NCBI GenBank assembly: GCA_965213685.1
Contig: CBDBZY010000064.1
Coordinates: forward strand, 1,376,001-1,440,000
Direction of reading: 5' to 3'
DNA from: a bacterium
GTDB lineage: Bacteria; UBA8248
Length of the DNA: 64,000 bases
The notes beneath the pieces were generated by a model, which saw only the letters and a list, made by a program, of their open reading frames with translations, was not told the origin of the DNA and did not search any database. The position numbers were made by a program, and so were the translations under genes. Shown piece after piece: positions 39,909-51,608 of the stretch. Within the stretch, counting starts at the first letter, position 1. Each line of letters begins with the position of its first letter.

Positions 39909-40540
39909 GTGCGCCAGTTAGCATGCAAACGGCAGTACAAGTCGAGGCGCCGGCGCGTATACGACGGCCTACTCCTACTGCAGGCTTCCTGCATGTGAGC
40001 GGCCGTCTCCGTGATCCCGGCCAGCATAATCAAGGTCTTCTCGCCTAGGGGGTTTACCAGCTGATACTAAACTGGGAGTCAGAAAAGTAGTCAAAACTAT
40101 TGCTAACACTTCAACCGCAGAAATTAATTGCGCGAGGCTCTACACTGCGTATACGTATCTCTCAAGTGAAAGCTACCGCAAGCAGTAGAACGCCTACGCT
40201 AGCCAAATACTATGCGAAGCAGCGCGTTGGTTCATCGCTGCATCGTCGGTTCTCTGTGCGAAGCGACACTGAAAGGCGGGTAGAGTCGGGACAAGAAAGA
40301 ACAGAGCCCGCTCAGATAGTTGCGGGAGGAAAGCACGCGGCGTCTTACTAGTTACTGTGAATGTATCTGAGTAGCCCATTTGCTAAGCAGCTTTACGCAA
40401 GCTGCTAACCTTTTCCTTGTATGTGACCTTGAGTGTTCTCGGTACTGTAGTAGTCGCACGGTCTTCACGTTAGCACAGCCTGAGCGCGGTAGAGCGCAGG
40501 TGTGGTTTATTTCCGTGGGCAACACCGGTACGCGAATTTT

Positions 40541-41164
40541 TATCTGACTCACCGTTTTCGAACTTTAGCGTGAGGTCAAGGTTCACAACAAAGAGTGGGA
40601 GCGCGCGGCCGTAGTACACAGCAGTGTGTCCTCTAAACGTAGAGAAAACGTGATGTGACTGGTGAGCTTTCTGTTTCTTACATGGGGGCAGGAATAGGTG
40701 GGAGCAGGGGTGGCCATACCCCCCACACTTGCCAGCTATTGCATTGTATCAAAGCTTATATAATTTTGTAGGCTGACTTTTGTATATGGGTGTGGCTAGA
40801 TGTCCCCTCCACTTAACATGTAGACTCTACTTCCTACTTCCATGTATAAACGCAAAACTCACACTAAGCACTAATTTTGTTTTGTTATGGTGACTGACAA
40901 GGTTTTGTGTTTATACGTTAACTAAGTGGAGGGGGCACCTAGCCACACACATATCCGCCTACAAAAACTGTATAAGCACTACAATAGCTGGAGAGTGGGA
41001 GGCCATGGACACCCCTGCTCCCACCTATTCTTACCCCCTTGTAAGAAACGCTTACCTGTCACATCCCGTTGTCTGCGTTAGGAACGCACTGCCGCCGCAA
41101 GCGCCTCCACATTTTATTGTGAACCTTGACCTCACGCGAATTTCGAAAAGGGTGCGTCAGACTA
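40541..41164. mobile_element. Almost fully palindromic element with ~290-bp imperfect arms and an Academ-type end
   Basis: 40544-40820 mirrors 40920-41160 (e.g. GCGTGAGGTCAAGGTTCACAA / TTGTGAACCTTGACCTCACGC); right end GTCAGACTA; no clean TSD. Confidence 0.75.
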
Positions 41165-42544
41165 CCGGTACCGTGGCGGGCGAATTTTTTTTGGAACCAC
41201 TTTCGACTTAGACTTTTCTTCAAAGCCGAAGTACGCATGCGCAATCGTGAGACCACACCCCTTTGAACGTTGATCGTGGAAGGAAGGCGCTTACTCTTTA
41301 TATAAAGGGGAGTGTGAAGACGCTAGCAGCGCTTTGTGTGAGACAGTTGCTGTGCAAGCAACAGCTGTAGGAAGAAGGAAGTGTATTCAGTCATGACGAA
41401 AGGCTTGAGCGTCATCAGGAGCTTTAGTCAAGCATCCCGCTAGTTTATCTATGGTAAAGCAGGGGCAAAGGCAAGGTGGGCTCTAGGTACTTGCATACCA
41501 ATCATAAAAACACAGAAAGGGGCATCGCCATGCCTAGCTGTAAAGGTGCAAAGAGTTGGGTTAGCCTGCTGTATAGAGCCTTGCCCTTTGCCCTACAAAA
41601 CTTTGCTGCAGTACCCTTCAACTTCAAGCGGGTAGTTTGCACGTGCGATATAACTAGCAGACAAACTTATACCTTAAAGGCTTTGCCAGCTGGGTAGGCA
41701 CTTAGGCGTTGTATGGCAGCTTTTTGGCCATCAAGAGATAATAAGAAGCGGTAGCTTGTTCTAATGAAACGTGTGCATGTGTACGTGTGTGCTTTGTGAC
41801 TGTGCGTGCATATAGCTACTTCTCACCGACACGACTCCATTGAATATCTACAGTGCATGTCGTTGACGCCTGGTTGAACCCCTATAGCTAGCAAGCTAAC
41901 AGTCTCTCACTGAAATCTTGTACCCCTGTAGCAAGGCCGGCGCAAGCGGTACGGCCGGTACGGTTTTGGCCGTACCACTTTTTTGGAGGAAACTATGCGG
42001 GGGCGAAAGTTTGACAGGCGTCAGTCGGGTCGCCAACGGAAATCTCACGTGATTTTATTTGCAACATGACGTTCATACGTAAGGACCATTTGGCCAAAGA
42101 TGGGAGAAGACGGAGGTGGAGAAACCAGCGGCCCTCGTGTCACGCTCGATCAAAGACATGGAACAGTAAGTTACGGAATAGCTTACCATACAATTTGTGT
42201 GACAAAATACCGGCTGTTGTGGCTGAATGTCTGTTTATAACAGCCGGGAAACGCTATAATCTTCCTCGTGTATGAACCGGAAACTCTGTTTACGTTTACT
42301 TACCGTGGGCTTATAAGTAGCTTCTGGGCTGGAACAGCTTCATACTTGATGTATACATACTTTAGTATAGTAGCTACTGTGCTGCCGAGTTTCTTGGTGC
42401 AATTCGGCTGCCAAAATGGTTTCCTCACTACAAATAATTTGACCCTTGGTACGGCTAAGTACCGTTTTGTGGTATGTAGGCTGTGCTGTTGTTGAACAGG
42501 CATGTCGATTCATATGAAGAGGGTGTACATGATATAAGAAGGAA

Positions 42545-43340
42545 TGAGGGAGAGAGCTCTGTGCGGCCAGCAGTCTGAGGGAGAGAGAGCTCTGTGCGGC
42601 CAGCAGTCTGAGGGAGAGAGAGAGATCTGCATGGCCAGCAGTCTGAGGGAGAGAGAGAGATCTGCATGGCCAGCAGTCTGAGGGAGAGAGAGCTCTGTGC
42701 AACCAGCAGTCTGAGGGAGAGAGAGCTCTGTGCGGCCAGCAGTCTGAGGGAGAGAGAGCTCTGTGTGGCCCATAGTCTGAGGGAAAGAGAGCTCTGTGCA
42801 GCCAGCAGTCTGAGGGAGAGAGAGCTCTGTGTGGCCCATAGTCTGAGGGAGAGAGAGTTCCATCTGGCCAGTAGTCTGCATGGCCAGTAGTCTGAGGGAG
42901 AGAGAGCTCTGTGCGGCCAGCAGTCTGAGAGAGAGAGAACTGTATGGCCAGCAGTCTGAGGGAGAGAGAGAGATCTGTGTGGCCAGCAGTCTGAGGGAGA
43001 GAGAGCTCCATCTGGCCAGTAGTCTGAGGGAGAGAGAGCTCTGTGCGGCCAGCAGTCTGAGGGAGAGAGAGAGAGAGAGCTCTGTGTGGCCCATAGTCTG
43101 AGGGAGAGAGAGCTCTGTGTGGCCAGCAGTCTGAGGGAGAGAGAGCTCTGTGTGGCCCATAGTCTGAGGGAGAGAGAGCTCCATCTGGCCAGTAGTCTGC
43201 ATGGCCAGTAGTCTGAGGGAGAGAGAGCTCTGTGCGGCCAGCAGTCTGAGGGAGAGAGAGAGAGATCTGTGCGGCCAGCAGTCTGAGGGAGAGAGAGAGA
43301 GAGATCTGTGCAGCCCATAGTCTTGAGGGAGAGAGCTCTG
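42545..43340. repeat. 33-bp minisatellite, about 24 units with variable (GA)n
   Basis: Unit CAGTCTGAGGGAGAGAGAGCTCTGTGCGGCCAG; variant units recur in the same order twice. Confidence 0.95.
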
Positions 43341-44150
43341 TGTGTGCTTGTGAGGTAGGATCATCTAATTTGGATGTGCCACGAACCTCTGACTTCGACC
43401 TCATCATGGTCCGTATTGCATTCCATAGCTTTGGTTCACCAGCAACACCATCACCTCTTCCAATGTAGGGCTCAATCTGGGTATGTATGAGACTGTTCAT
43501 ATGGCCAATGTCAATTATATCACATAACCCATACCCACACCTGTTCTGACACTTTCCACCAGGGGCCTCAAATCATCATTGCTGGTGGGGTTATTTTGTT
43601 TCAGCAGTGCCAAATGTGACTCATAACATGTAAAGTATACACGATCATTCTTGGCAATATCCCCTATGAAATCTGTGTGCTGATGTAGGTATGCCTGAAC
43701 TACATGTACCTCCGGCTCTGGACAGGGCCTATCATTTCCCACCTGCAAGCATCTACCACATGTCCGACAGTTCCTTTGCCGTGTTTCCAGTACACCATAC
43801 ACTGCAGTAATGGTGCTTGCAAAGGGGTGTAGGGGTAGGAAGAGGATGAGTCATAAATTTTATGTCTGGTGGGAGCACACCAGCACTAATTGTAGCATGT
43901 GCGAATGAGAGTGTAGTACAGTTAAGCACACAACATGGACTTTTTGAGTTTGTCCTCCCCCTTTCCCACCTAGGTGTATGACTTAGGTCTGCTATCACAC
44001 ATGTAACATCCTGTCTGCAAGGGCGGCATACCAAAGAGTCTGAAGACGTAACCATGGACAGCACATATCTCCGTGCATGCACATTCTTCCACTCCTTAGG
44101 TGAACTGATGTGGCTGTGGCAGTCCTGACAGAGATCACAGAGGTCTAAGG
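43340..44150 (-). pseudogene. Frameshifted Cys-rich ORF, probably the N-terminal part of a DNA-transposon protein
   Basis: CDLC, VCRPCR, CCVLNC, LCKHHY, CRTCG and PKLWNAI motifs across three frames; bracketed by inverted repeats at 42010-42065 and 44655-44720 and a GAGACTA end at 44763. Confidence 0.45.
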
Positions 44151-45057
44151 GGATCCAAGAACTCTAGTTGTCTTTTACTTCTCTTATTTGAAGCAAATTA
44201 TATCGTATATATACATGTACGCTGCAAATTACTGTTTACCTTGTGCACATTCCATGGCGCACGGCTTCCACATGGAGCGATTTATCATCGTTTTTTGGAG
44301 TGTCATAACTCTGAGACTACAGCCCGGAACAAAATTTGTTTTTTTGTTACCTATGCCTTCATAATCATAGAGCGTTAGGCTAACAATTTAGAGCAATAGC
44401 GGCCTGCCAAAATAGTTTCCTCACTGCTTTTGCCGAGCTACCCGAAATAAATGTAGCTCGCTTCTAACCTCTGTTGCGCAGCTCCAGGACGGAGTCACCG
44501 CTCATGACTTGCTAGAGGCTAAGTCCTATAGTATATCTCTCAATAGCTTGACTGACTACAGCCTAGCTAACATCAGTGCGTGGAAACGTCTAGGTGAATA
44601 TGTAATTAGAAACGAATACCTTTGACCGCACACTCGCGCAGGCGAACTTCCGCTGCAAATAAAATTGTACACGTATGATGTACTTCCGGTTCCATTGGCG
44701 ACACGACTGGCGTGGCATAACGGTACGCCTCTACCTCTGGAGTTCCGTACCGTGCAGAGACTACAGCCAACTGCTCGCTCTTCAACTTTTCAGTGCCTAA
44801 TGTGCACATGGTATAGTCTCATGAATCAGACTCTCTCTAAGGGAGAGAGTCTGACAAACATGGCATAGGGCACTCGTGTTGCTGAGTCAGGACTGTTAAG
44901 AGTACTTGTAGTAACTATGGTTTTCGCACTCACAACTGTCAAAACCACTTAAGCGCAGTAATGAGTAATGTACACGGCGTAAGCTCGCGTGCACATTCTA
45001 AAAGAAGAGCTATCGTTGAAAGTGCTCGAACTTTAGGTTATAGCGAGCTAAAAGACA

Positions 45058-46803
45058 TGTCACCGGAATTTTGGTCCGGGCGATTTCGGACAGGACGGAC
45101 CAAAATCTCCGATATTGTTCCGCGGGGATTTTGGTCCGACTCCAGTTATTTTGGTCCGGGGCGGTCTGCTGCGGACCAAAATCGTTCCGCTGGGATTTTG
45201 GTCCGCCGGACCAAAATCACTAGTGATTTTGGTTTGACTCCAGCTATTTTGGTCCGGGGCGGTCTGCTGCGGACCAAAATCTCCGATATTGTTCCGCGGG
45301 GATTTTGGTCCGCCGGACCGTAATCACAAGTGATTTTGGTCTGACTCCAGGTCCGGGGCAGTCTGCGGTTCAACCCGCAGGGACATCGATCCGCCGGACC
45401 GAAATCGCCAGTGTGTTTTTGGTCCGGTCTGGTAGCGACTGTGCTTGCAGCAATGCAGTTCAAAACGTAGCCATAAGGCCAAAACGTGTATATCACTGTG
45501 ATAGATCCTGTAGCAGAGTCCTTTATAACAACAGTACAAAATATTTAACAAACAACATTTACAAACCAAGCAAGAACAAAACAGTACAACTACTTTCTAC
45601 AACTACTACAGAACCATGTATCCTGCTTCCAAGCAGCCTCTGGCACTTGGAGAGTGAAACCACTTACGACAACAGTCACAACAGATCATGCTCATATCTT
45701 CAGGCTGTCTGCATGAGCAAAACACTTTGACAGGTATTGTACAGAGTGACTTCTGCTTTCTTTTATGTCGAACTCGACAAGAGAATGCAGAGATTGAGTT
45801 TTGCATCAAGCACTGCAACAGGTGATCACACATCAAATGCTGCACATATAGTTGATTTTACCAGGGTCTTCGCCACCGCAGAGTGATGTGGCAAATGCTA
45901 ATGCATATAGTCCACAATCATTAGAGCCCATCTGCTTCTGCACATGCTGAATGTGCAAAACTATACTTTTATTCTTTGTGAATAAAAGTGCAGCAACCTG
46001 TTGCTTTGTTCGTCTTGGTACACGGGTATTCGGGCCGCTGTCATATATATTAATATGTCCTGGCTGGCAACCAATGTTGGACACAGTTATCCAGTGACAG
46101 CCTGAAACATTCAAAATCTGGACAAACTCTCCTTTTGGAATGTCAAAGGCAAGTGTCTCTCCTAAGATGTTTGCTTTCTTCAGTAGCACCATGATGTTAT
46201 CATTAAGCCATTTTCCTCCTGCAATGATCTCCTTATCTGAAGCGTAGAGTCGCAGAGAGAGCTGACAGCTAGCCTAAAGCTCTCCATGACGACTTACTAA
46301 GAACACTTTTCCAACAGCTACACTCGCATAGATGGCAGAGAGGTGGTAATGTGCTCTATCTGGGTACTTCGAGACTAGCGGATGCTATCTATCCGGCTGC
46401 AACTCGGCCTGCAACCAATCAAATTGAGCTCTCCGGGATAGCAGTCCCGAGCTAAAGCGCATCACCTGCATCAGCTTGGATCCTAAAGGCACTACTACAG
46501 AGTCAGAAGGCTCTCTATGTAGGGATGGCGCCGACACACCCTGAGTGCGCGTACATCAAACTCGCGACGTTTCGCGTCCGTTCTAAGCCTTTCTGGGCAC
46601 CTAGCTGTCCTATGCCAGCGTTTCTCAACCTAATGATACCTCCCAAATACCTAAAATGCATCCTTTGACTTACTCACAGAAAACCAACTTGAGGATATGT
46701 ACCGGACCGTTATCCCCAATGCGGACCATTTTATCTATTGCACAATTTCAGAGTAAATGGTCCCCCGGACCAAAATCCCTGACGGACCAAAATCTCGGTG
46801 ACA
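45058..46803. mobile_element. Ginger-like non-autonomous element (TGT...ACA ends, 4-bp TSD)
   Basis: TIRs TGTCACCGGAATTTTGGTCCG and CGGACCAAAATCTCGGTGACA; TSD GACA at 45054-45057 and 46804-46807; many subterminal TTTTGGTCCG/CGGACCAAAA motifs; no transposase. Confidence 0.8.
45606..46240 (-). pseudogene. Ulp1/C48-like cysteine protease + PHD finger cargo, frameshifted
   Basis: GKWLND, HWITVS, IYDS and QKQMGSNDCGLYALAFA (His-Asp-Cys triad and Gln), then VFCSCRQP...MICCDCCRKWFH. Confidence 0.8.
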
Positions 46804-47407
46804 GACATGCAGATAGAAGCCATTGCCAAGCAAATTCAATGGGAGAGGAGCTCCAAGCCTCGTAGAGTACGTCTAACAGTGGTACAGCTGTCACCATAGA
46901 ATCTTTTCCTTCTCCTAGGATCAGGGGGCACAACTCCCCTACGGAGGCAGCGCAGCATCTTCAGTACAGTGGAATGCGATTGCGTTGAGAAATTGCGTTT
47001 TTCCGTTCTCCGTTCCGGAATAGACCTCAGAAGCCCGCCTTCTGCGTATGTGCCTCGCCCTCAAGGCGGAAATGGGGAACACAGAAGGCGACGATCTCCT
47101 CCCCGACATTGCGCTTCCTCAGAGTCGCGGATCTCCTGAAGCGGGTGCATACTGGGATGCCCGTTGTCACACTAGGGTCGGTCCATTTCCGTGGGAGAAT
47201 GACAGTCACCAGGAGATCAATTTTGACGTAAGGATACGAACACTCCTTCTCTTTAACGTGCATTCTAATAAAAGCTCGCTTCAGGGTTGTGTGTACTCTA
47301 GGTTTAAAAACAAAAATATCATGATGTAAGTGTGTTCCTGTAAGTGGTGATGTATGCTATTGTCAATCTTTCTACAGTGTTCCTGAAGTAGTAAAACATC
47401 TACAAGG

Positions 47408-48169
47408 GTGAACATAAACTCAAAAGTGTTCCACCAATATTCAGTTAAGGTGATGAATCCAAAGCGGAGAACAAGTTTTTACGTACACAACATGACAACT
47501 ACACAGAAGTTTCTTTCAAAAGAAGAAACGATGGATGTGTTGTGTAAGGAACTGGGCAGCAAGGTTGAAATGGTTGGATTTCTATCACCTGGACATGGGC
47601 TAAAGGGGAAGCACAATGTTTTAAATAGTGATAGTGATCTTGCACAAATGTATGAGGAGTATAGATTGAAGCGATGTGTTATACGACTATGGTGTCTGTG
47701 TGAAACGAAAGATAATGCTGTTGCTGTTGATACAAAGAAGCGTGGTCATGAAAGTGAAGAAGGTGAACCATTGTCAAGCACTAAGAGGAGCACCTGTCAA
47801 CAATGCATGCAAGCAATTGAGGATATTGTTGATAAGCTGCGTGAAAAACATGAAGGAGAATTCTCTATTGAGAAGCTTAACGCATGGGGTCATATGATAC
47901 ATATGGGCAAACATGCTTCGTATGATAACCCACCAGACTTGCCCTACTTTAAAAAGTGTTCTAAGAAGAGTGGATCTGCTGCACAGCCAATTGTTGACCA
48001 CGTGGTGTCTAATCTGTCCCCTGCAAAACGAGTCCAGTTACGTAGCGAATGTATTGATCAGCTATCCAAGTTGCACTCTTTGTTGGAAAAGGGTGGAATG
48101 CCCACTGAACAGTATAATGCACTGCAGAAGGCAATATTTACTGACATTAAAAACTTTCAGCAGAAATAA
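47408..48169 (+). CDS. Uncharacterised accessory protein of the DD34E element (PB1-like N-part, SHOCT-like C-terminus)
   Basis: 253 uninterrupted codons (first ATG at 47453); GFLSPGHGLKGK...L.SDSDL..MY...LWC, WGHMIHMGKH.S.D.PP..PYF and L.KL.SLLEKG....EQY..LQ..I. Domain labels are by eye. Confidence 0.7.
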   Translation: MNINSKVFHQYSVKVMNPKRRTSFYVHNMTTTQKFLSKEETMDVLCKELGSKVEMVGFLSPGHGLKGKHNVLNSDSDLAQMYEEYRLKRCVIRLWCLCETKDNAVAVDTKKRGHESEEGEPLSSTKRSTCQQCMQAIEDIVDKLREKHEGEFSIEKLNAWGHMIHMGKHASYDNPPDLPYFKKCSKKSGSAAQPIVDHVVSNLSPAKRVQLRSECIDQLSKLHSLLEKGGMPTEQYNALQKAIFTDIKNFQQK

Positions 48170-48392
48170 TGTTGTGAGTACATGCAAGGATATAGTTCAG
48201 TACACCTGGTGTCATCATTACTCAAGGATATTATCTCAAACTGACGCTGCATTTCATTTGTGTTTCTACTTCCATTGATGTGTGTAAACAAAACTCAGTT
48301 CAGCAATACAATATTGTTTGTGTTTCTACTTCCATTAATGTGTGTAAACAAAGCTCAGTACAGTATTGTGGATTAGCATAATGTGCATGTGT

Positions 48393-49343
48393 TTACTTAG
48401 CATATCCAGAATGAGTAATCCATGCCTCACAGTGATTCTTGGTTATTGCATCAAAACCAGCTTGCAGTACATCTGAAGGGTCTGGCAATGATTGCAGCAG
48501 CTCATCATGTTTTAGGTATTGTTTAACAAAACTGAATGCCTCTTCGACTGGGTTTAAATCTGGGCTATATGGAGGAAGGAACAGGACAACAATTCCAGCG
48601 TTTGAAAGCAGCTCAGTTACATCAGGAATGTGGTGCACAGAGCAGTTGTCCAAAACTAGCACAGAGTGTGAACTACTTCCATCAAACGCTCTCATCTTAG
48701 GAATGAGTGTTCCCCTGAGAAATTCAAAGAATTTTCTCCATTAACTGAATCTTTTGTGATTTCTGTTGCCAAAACTCCCTCAGCCGTTATTGCAGCAATC
48801 GCGTTGACTCTTTGCCCTCTACAAAGAAATCGGTGGCTAACAGGAGTTGTCCCTCTAAGTGTGTAGCCAAACTTCCTCAAACTATCTCTTCTGTCTGCAC
48901 CACTTTCATCGAGCCATACAAACATATTCCGCTGAAACATGAAAGTCTGAGACATGAATGTTCCTCGTAGTGCATCGCATTGTTGTAATGCGACTTGCCT
49001 TTTTTTTTAGTCCGTACCTTTGCAAAAGCCTACATATGGTTGATGGAGACACTTCAATGTCAAAAGTAGACTTGACAGACTGACACATCTCGGAGAGGTA
49101 CAAAGGAGGATTTGCAAGTACTAAACCTACTACATAGAGTTCAGCTCTGTCAGTTAATCTCCTTAAGTTGTGCTCACTGGCTTGCTGGGTTACTTCAATA
49201 CCTCCAGTTCGGTGGAATTGAGTATAAATAAGATTCTTGGCAATTTTCTCAAATGTTAGGTTCCTTGCAATTCTTTGGTAGACTATTCTCCATCTGAGAT
49301 CCGAAGAGTAAGCCTTCTTTCTGGCTGGCTCTGCTGTAAACAT
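48393..49343 (-). pseudogene. DD34E transposase (HTH + DDE_3), frameshifted
   Basis: AYSSDLRWRIV, VSPSTICRLL, WLDESG and VLDNCSVHH...LPPYSPDLNPVE with 34 residues between the second D and E; split over three frames. Confidence 0.9.
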
Positions 49344-49665
49344 TTTCAAGCTCTGCGCAAGACGGAAATACACGGATTACTGTACACGTAATGAGGGCGG
49401 AATTCCGGAACCACGGAATTTCTCAACGCAATTGAAAAGCGCTGCAGAGTCGTTGTGCGCAAGCTGTGACGTGGCCTCTGTCACGAGTGTTGTTGCACTT
49501 GTACGCGTTCACACGGGCCTACGCTAAACCACAACCACGCATCTAATTGATTGTCCACGATTTTCGTGGCCCCTCACGACTCAATGTACGCATGTTTGCC
49601 AGACTCTCTTCCGCAGGTAGAGAGGCGTGGTTTACGAGACTACACATGGTAGAAGTGGTACAGTG

Positions 49666-50251
49666 TAGTCTGGCGTAGCCTGACTATTCGCGCTACGCGG
49701 AAGTAGTCAGGGGACGTTAGCATCAATGACTTGTATCTCTGCAACTATAGTTGCAGTCCAATCAGATTGCAGCAAAATCACTAATTGTCCGTGGAATGTA
49801 ATCAACGCACGGCGCCCGCGTAGCTGAACGGGCGGTAGTGCCTTCTGACACCAGCGGCTAGCCTTCTGACAGAGAAGCGATCGCGGCGAACGCTGCTAAC
49901 AAGGCCCAACAGGGCCTGGGATATGCATTCCTGAAACCTGAACAGCTACAGGTTGTGGCAGATGTGTTGTTTGGACGCGATGTCTGTGGAGTGGCCTCGG
50001 AAAGACTGTACTACGCAGTACTTTCGCCTACATTTGACCAAGTGTACGCTGGCAGCCACCCGTCCATTGTCCTGGTAGTATCTATACTGACAGCCATCAG
50101 AGGCTGGGGCCGGCCGGGGGATGTGTATGCGTTCACGTGATAACAGCGCGCGCATTATTACGTAATGTCACATTCCTGAGATACAGGTCGTAGATACTAA
50201 CGTCCCCTGACTACTTCCGCGTAGCGCGAATAGTCAGGCTACGCCAGACTA
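49666..50251. mobile_element. AcademH-like non-autonomous element with a RecQ helicase remnant
   Basis: About 55-bp perfect TIR starting TAGTCTGGCGTAGCCTGACTA; exact 9-bp TSD GGTACAGTG at 49657-49665 and 50252-50260; internal LGYAFLKPEQLQVVADVLFGRDV...SIVLVVS.LTAI. Confidence 0.92.
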
Positions 50252-51608
50252 GGTACAGTGTGCAAAAAATATCGCCCCGTCCACTTCCTGTGTCAAGCCT
50301 AGAATGCGGACGGCTGCCGCTGCGCGAGCGTGGAGGGTCCGACACGCTGAGGACCCCCCCCGGAATTGGCCGGACCAACTTCAGATTACTTCCGCCGGGG
50401 ATGTGTAGCTAGGCATGATGGCGCTTTGGCGTTGGATGACAGGTTGCAGATAATAAGAAACGACTAGCTTGTCAGACTGATAAAACTTGTTCATATGTGT
50501 ATGAATGCGTTTCGTGACTACGTGTACATGTGAGCTACAGATAGCTGATCCACAGATGGTCAGAATACGAACAGTAATTCCATGACATAAGAGGGAGACC
50601 TTGTAATTGAAGGACTCCGGTCAAAAAAGGGCATTAAAACACTTCGAGGTAAAAATAAGACTTTTGCATGCAGAGTAACGGACTATGACTCAACTATCTG
50701 CTGCCGAAGTATTACAGTCTAAATATATGTCTTGTGTGATTTATAACTTTCAACCTCGCACCAAAAGGGCCTTGTCATATACTTTCACCTCTTTCTGCAT
50801 TCGCCGTGTGGGTAGTTCGCAATATTCGTAGTCTAGAAAGAGCCTTGAAACGCCCATAAGGTAGAGCAAACAGAAGAAACATTCGTGCACAACCCCGAGG
50901 CTTCCAAATATTTTTTTTATTCGTATATTTAAAGAAGAAAACCCGTAAACTAAACCGTAAATCTTTAATGGCCGTTTTCTCAAAGTATACGAACGTCGTT
51001 TTAACGCCCTTTTTGACCGGAGGCCTTCAATTTCAGGTGCGGAAGGCTGCCATCAAACGCATAAGTGCCATCATAGTGGCCATACTCAGCTGGCAAAGGT
51101 ATATAAGTTTGTCTGCTAGCTATATCGCTCTTTACATTGCATGTGCAAACTATCCGGCTGAAGTTGAAGGCTACTGCAGCAAAGGTTTGTAGTGCAAATA
51201 GCATCAGCTAGGCATGGTGGCGCTTCGGTGTTGATTGGCAGCTTGCAGACAATAAAAAGTGACTAGCTTGTCATACTGATGAATGTGTGCGAGTGCGTTT
51301 TGCAAATAACATGCTTCTAAGCTCGCATAACCGTAATGACGTAAGAGTAAGATCCTGTAATTTCGGGTGCGGCTTTTGTTCTGTTGAACGGTGTACACTT
51401 TTTCTTTACGAAGAGAAAAACGGAATGTTGCGCATGCGCAAACAGTGTGGATCACGTCCTCTCCCCGATTTGTGGGAGGGGCCTGGGTTCGAGGCTAGCA
51501 AAGTTTTTAAAGGTGTACGTACATATAATCATATAATTGCTTGGTTTCTCCGTTGAATAGTACACACATTGTACATTTGTGCACCCACAGTTGTTGCAAC
51601 AACTGTAC

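Larger units (their letters stand above)
46967..49444. mobile_element. IS630/Tc1-mariner DD34E transposon with two convergent genes
   Basis: Ends CAG...ATTGCGTTGAGAAATT in inverted orientation; inserted at the TA of the host sequence CTTCAGTAGAG (intact in the 24051 copy); the right TA is mutated to CA. Confidence 0.85.
44814..49642. mobile_element. AcademH-like non-autonomous element (about 0.6 kb) expanded by two insertions
   Basis: Ends TAGTCTCATGAATC and GGTTTACGAGACTA; exact 9-bp TSD CACATGGTA at 44805-44813 and 49643-49651; rejoined sequence encodes the RecQ-like ARTLGYSELKDMQIEAI. Confidence 0.88.
41932..50403. mobile_element. hAT-like element with 5-bp TSD enclosing an 8.5-kb nest of other transposons
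   Basis: Ends CAAGGCCGGCGCAAG and (reverse complement) CATCCCCGGCGGAAG match 11/15; TGTAG directly flanks both ends (41927-41931, 50404-50408). Confidence 0.5.

Noticed and set aside
40681-41041. Separate hAT MITE with CATGGGGG ends
   Set aside because: The flanks are inverted rather than direct repeats; it is the core of the larger 40541-41164 palindrome.
42545-43340. CRISPR-like array of ~33-bp repeats
   Set aside because: Units are contiguous with no unique spacers, there are no cas genes and the context is eukaryotic; it is a minisatellite.
42340-43500. Long ORFs of 284-386 aa on the minus strand
   Set aside because: Open only because the repeat unit lacks stops on that strand; all three frames are open.
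48393-49343. Bacterial IS630 contamination or recent horizontal transfer
   Set aside because: Embedded at a TA inside a eukaryotic repeat, with intron-containing genes nearby; eukaryotic DD34E relatives explain it. No prokaryotic operon signals.
36210-51497. Single 15-kb Academ-type element bounded by TAGCCTCGTTCCCAGG and CCTGGGTTCGAGGCTA
   Set aside because: The ends are compatible but the 9-bp flanks (CCATGATGT vs GCAAAGTTT) do not match; treated as orphan ends.
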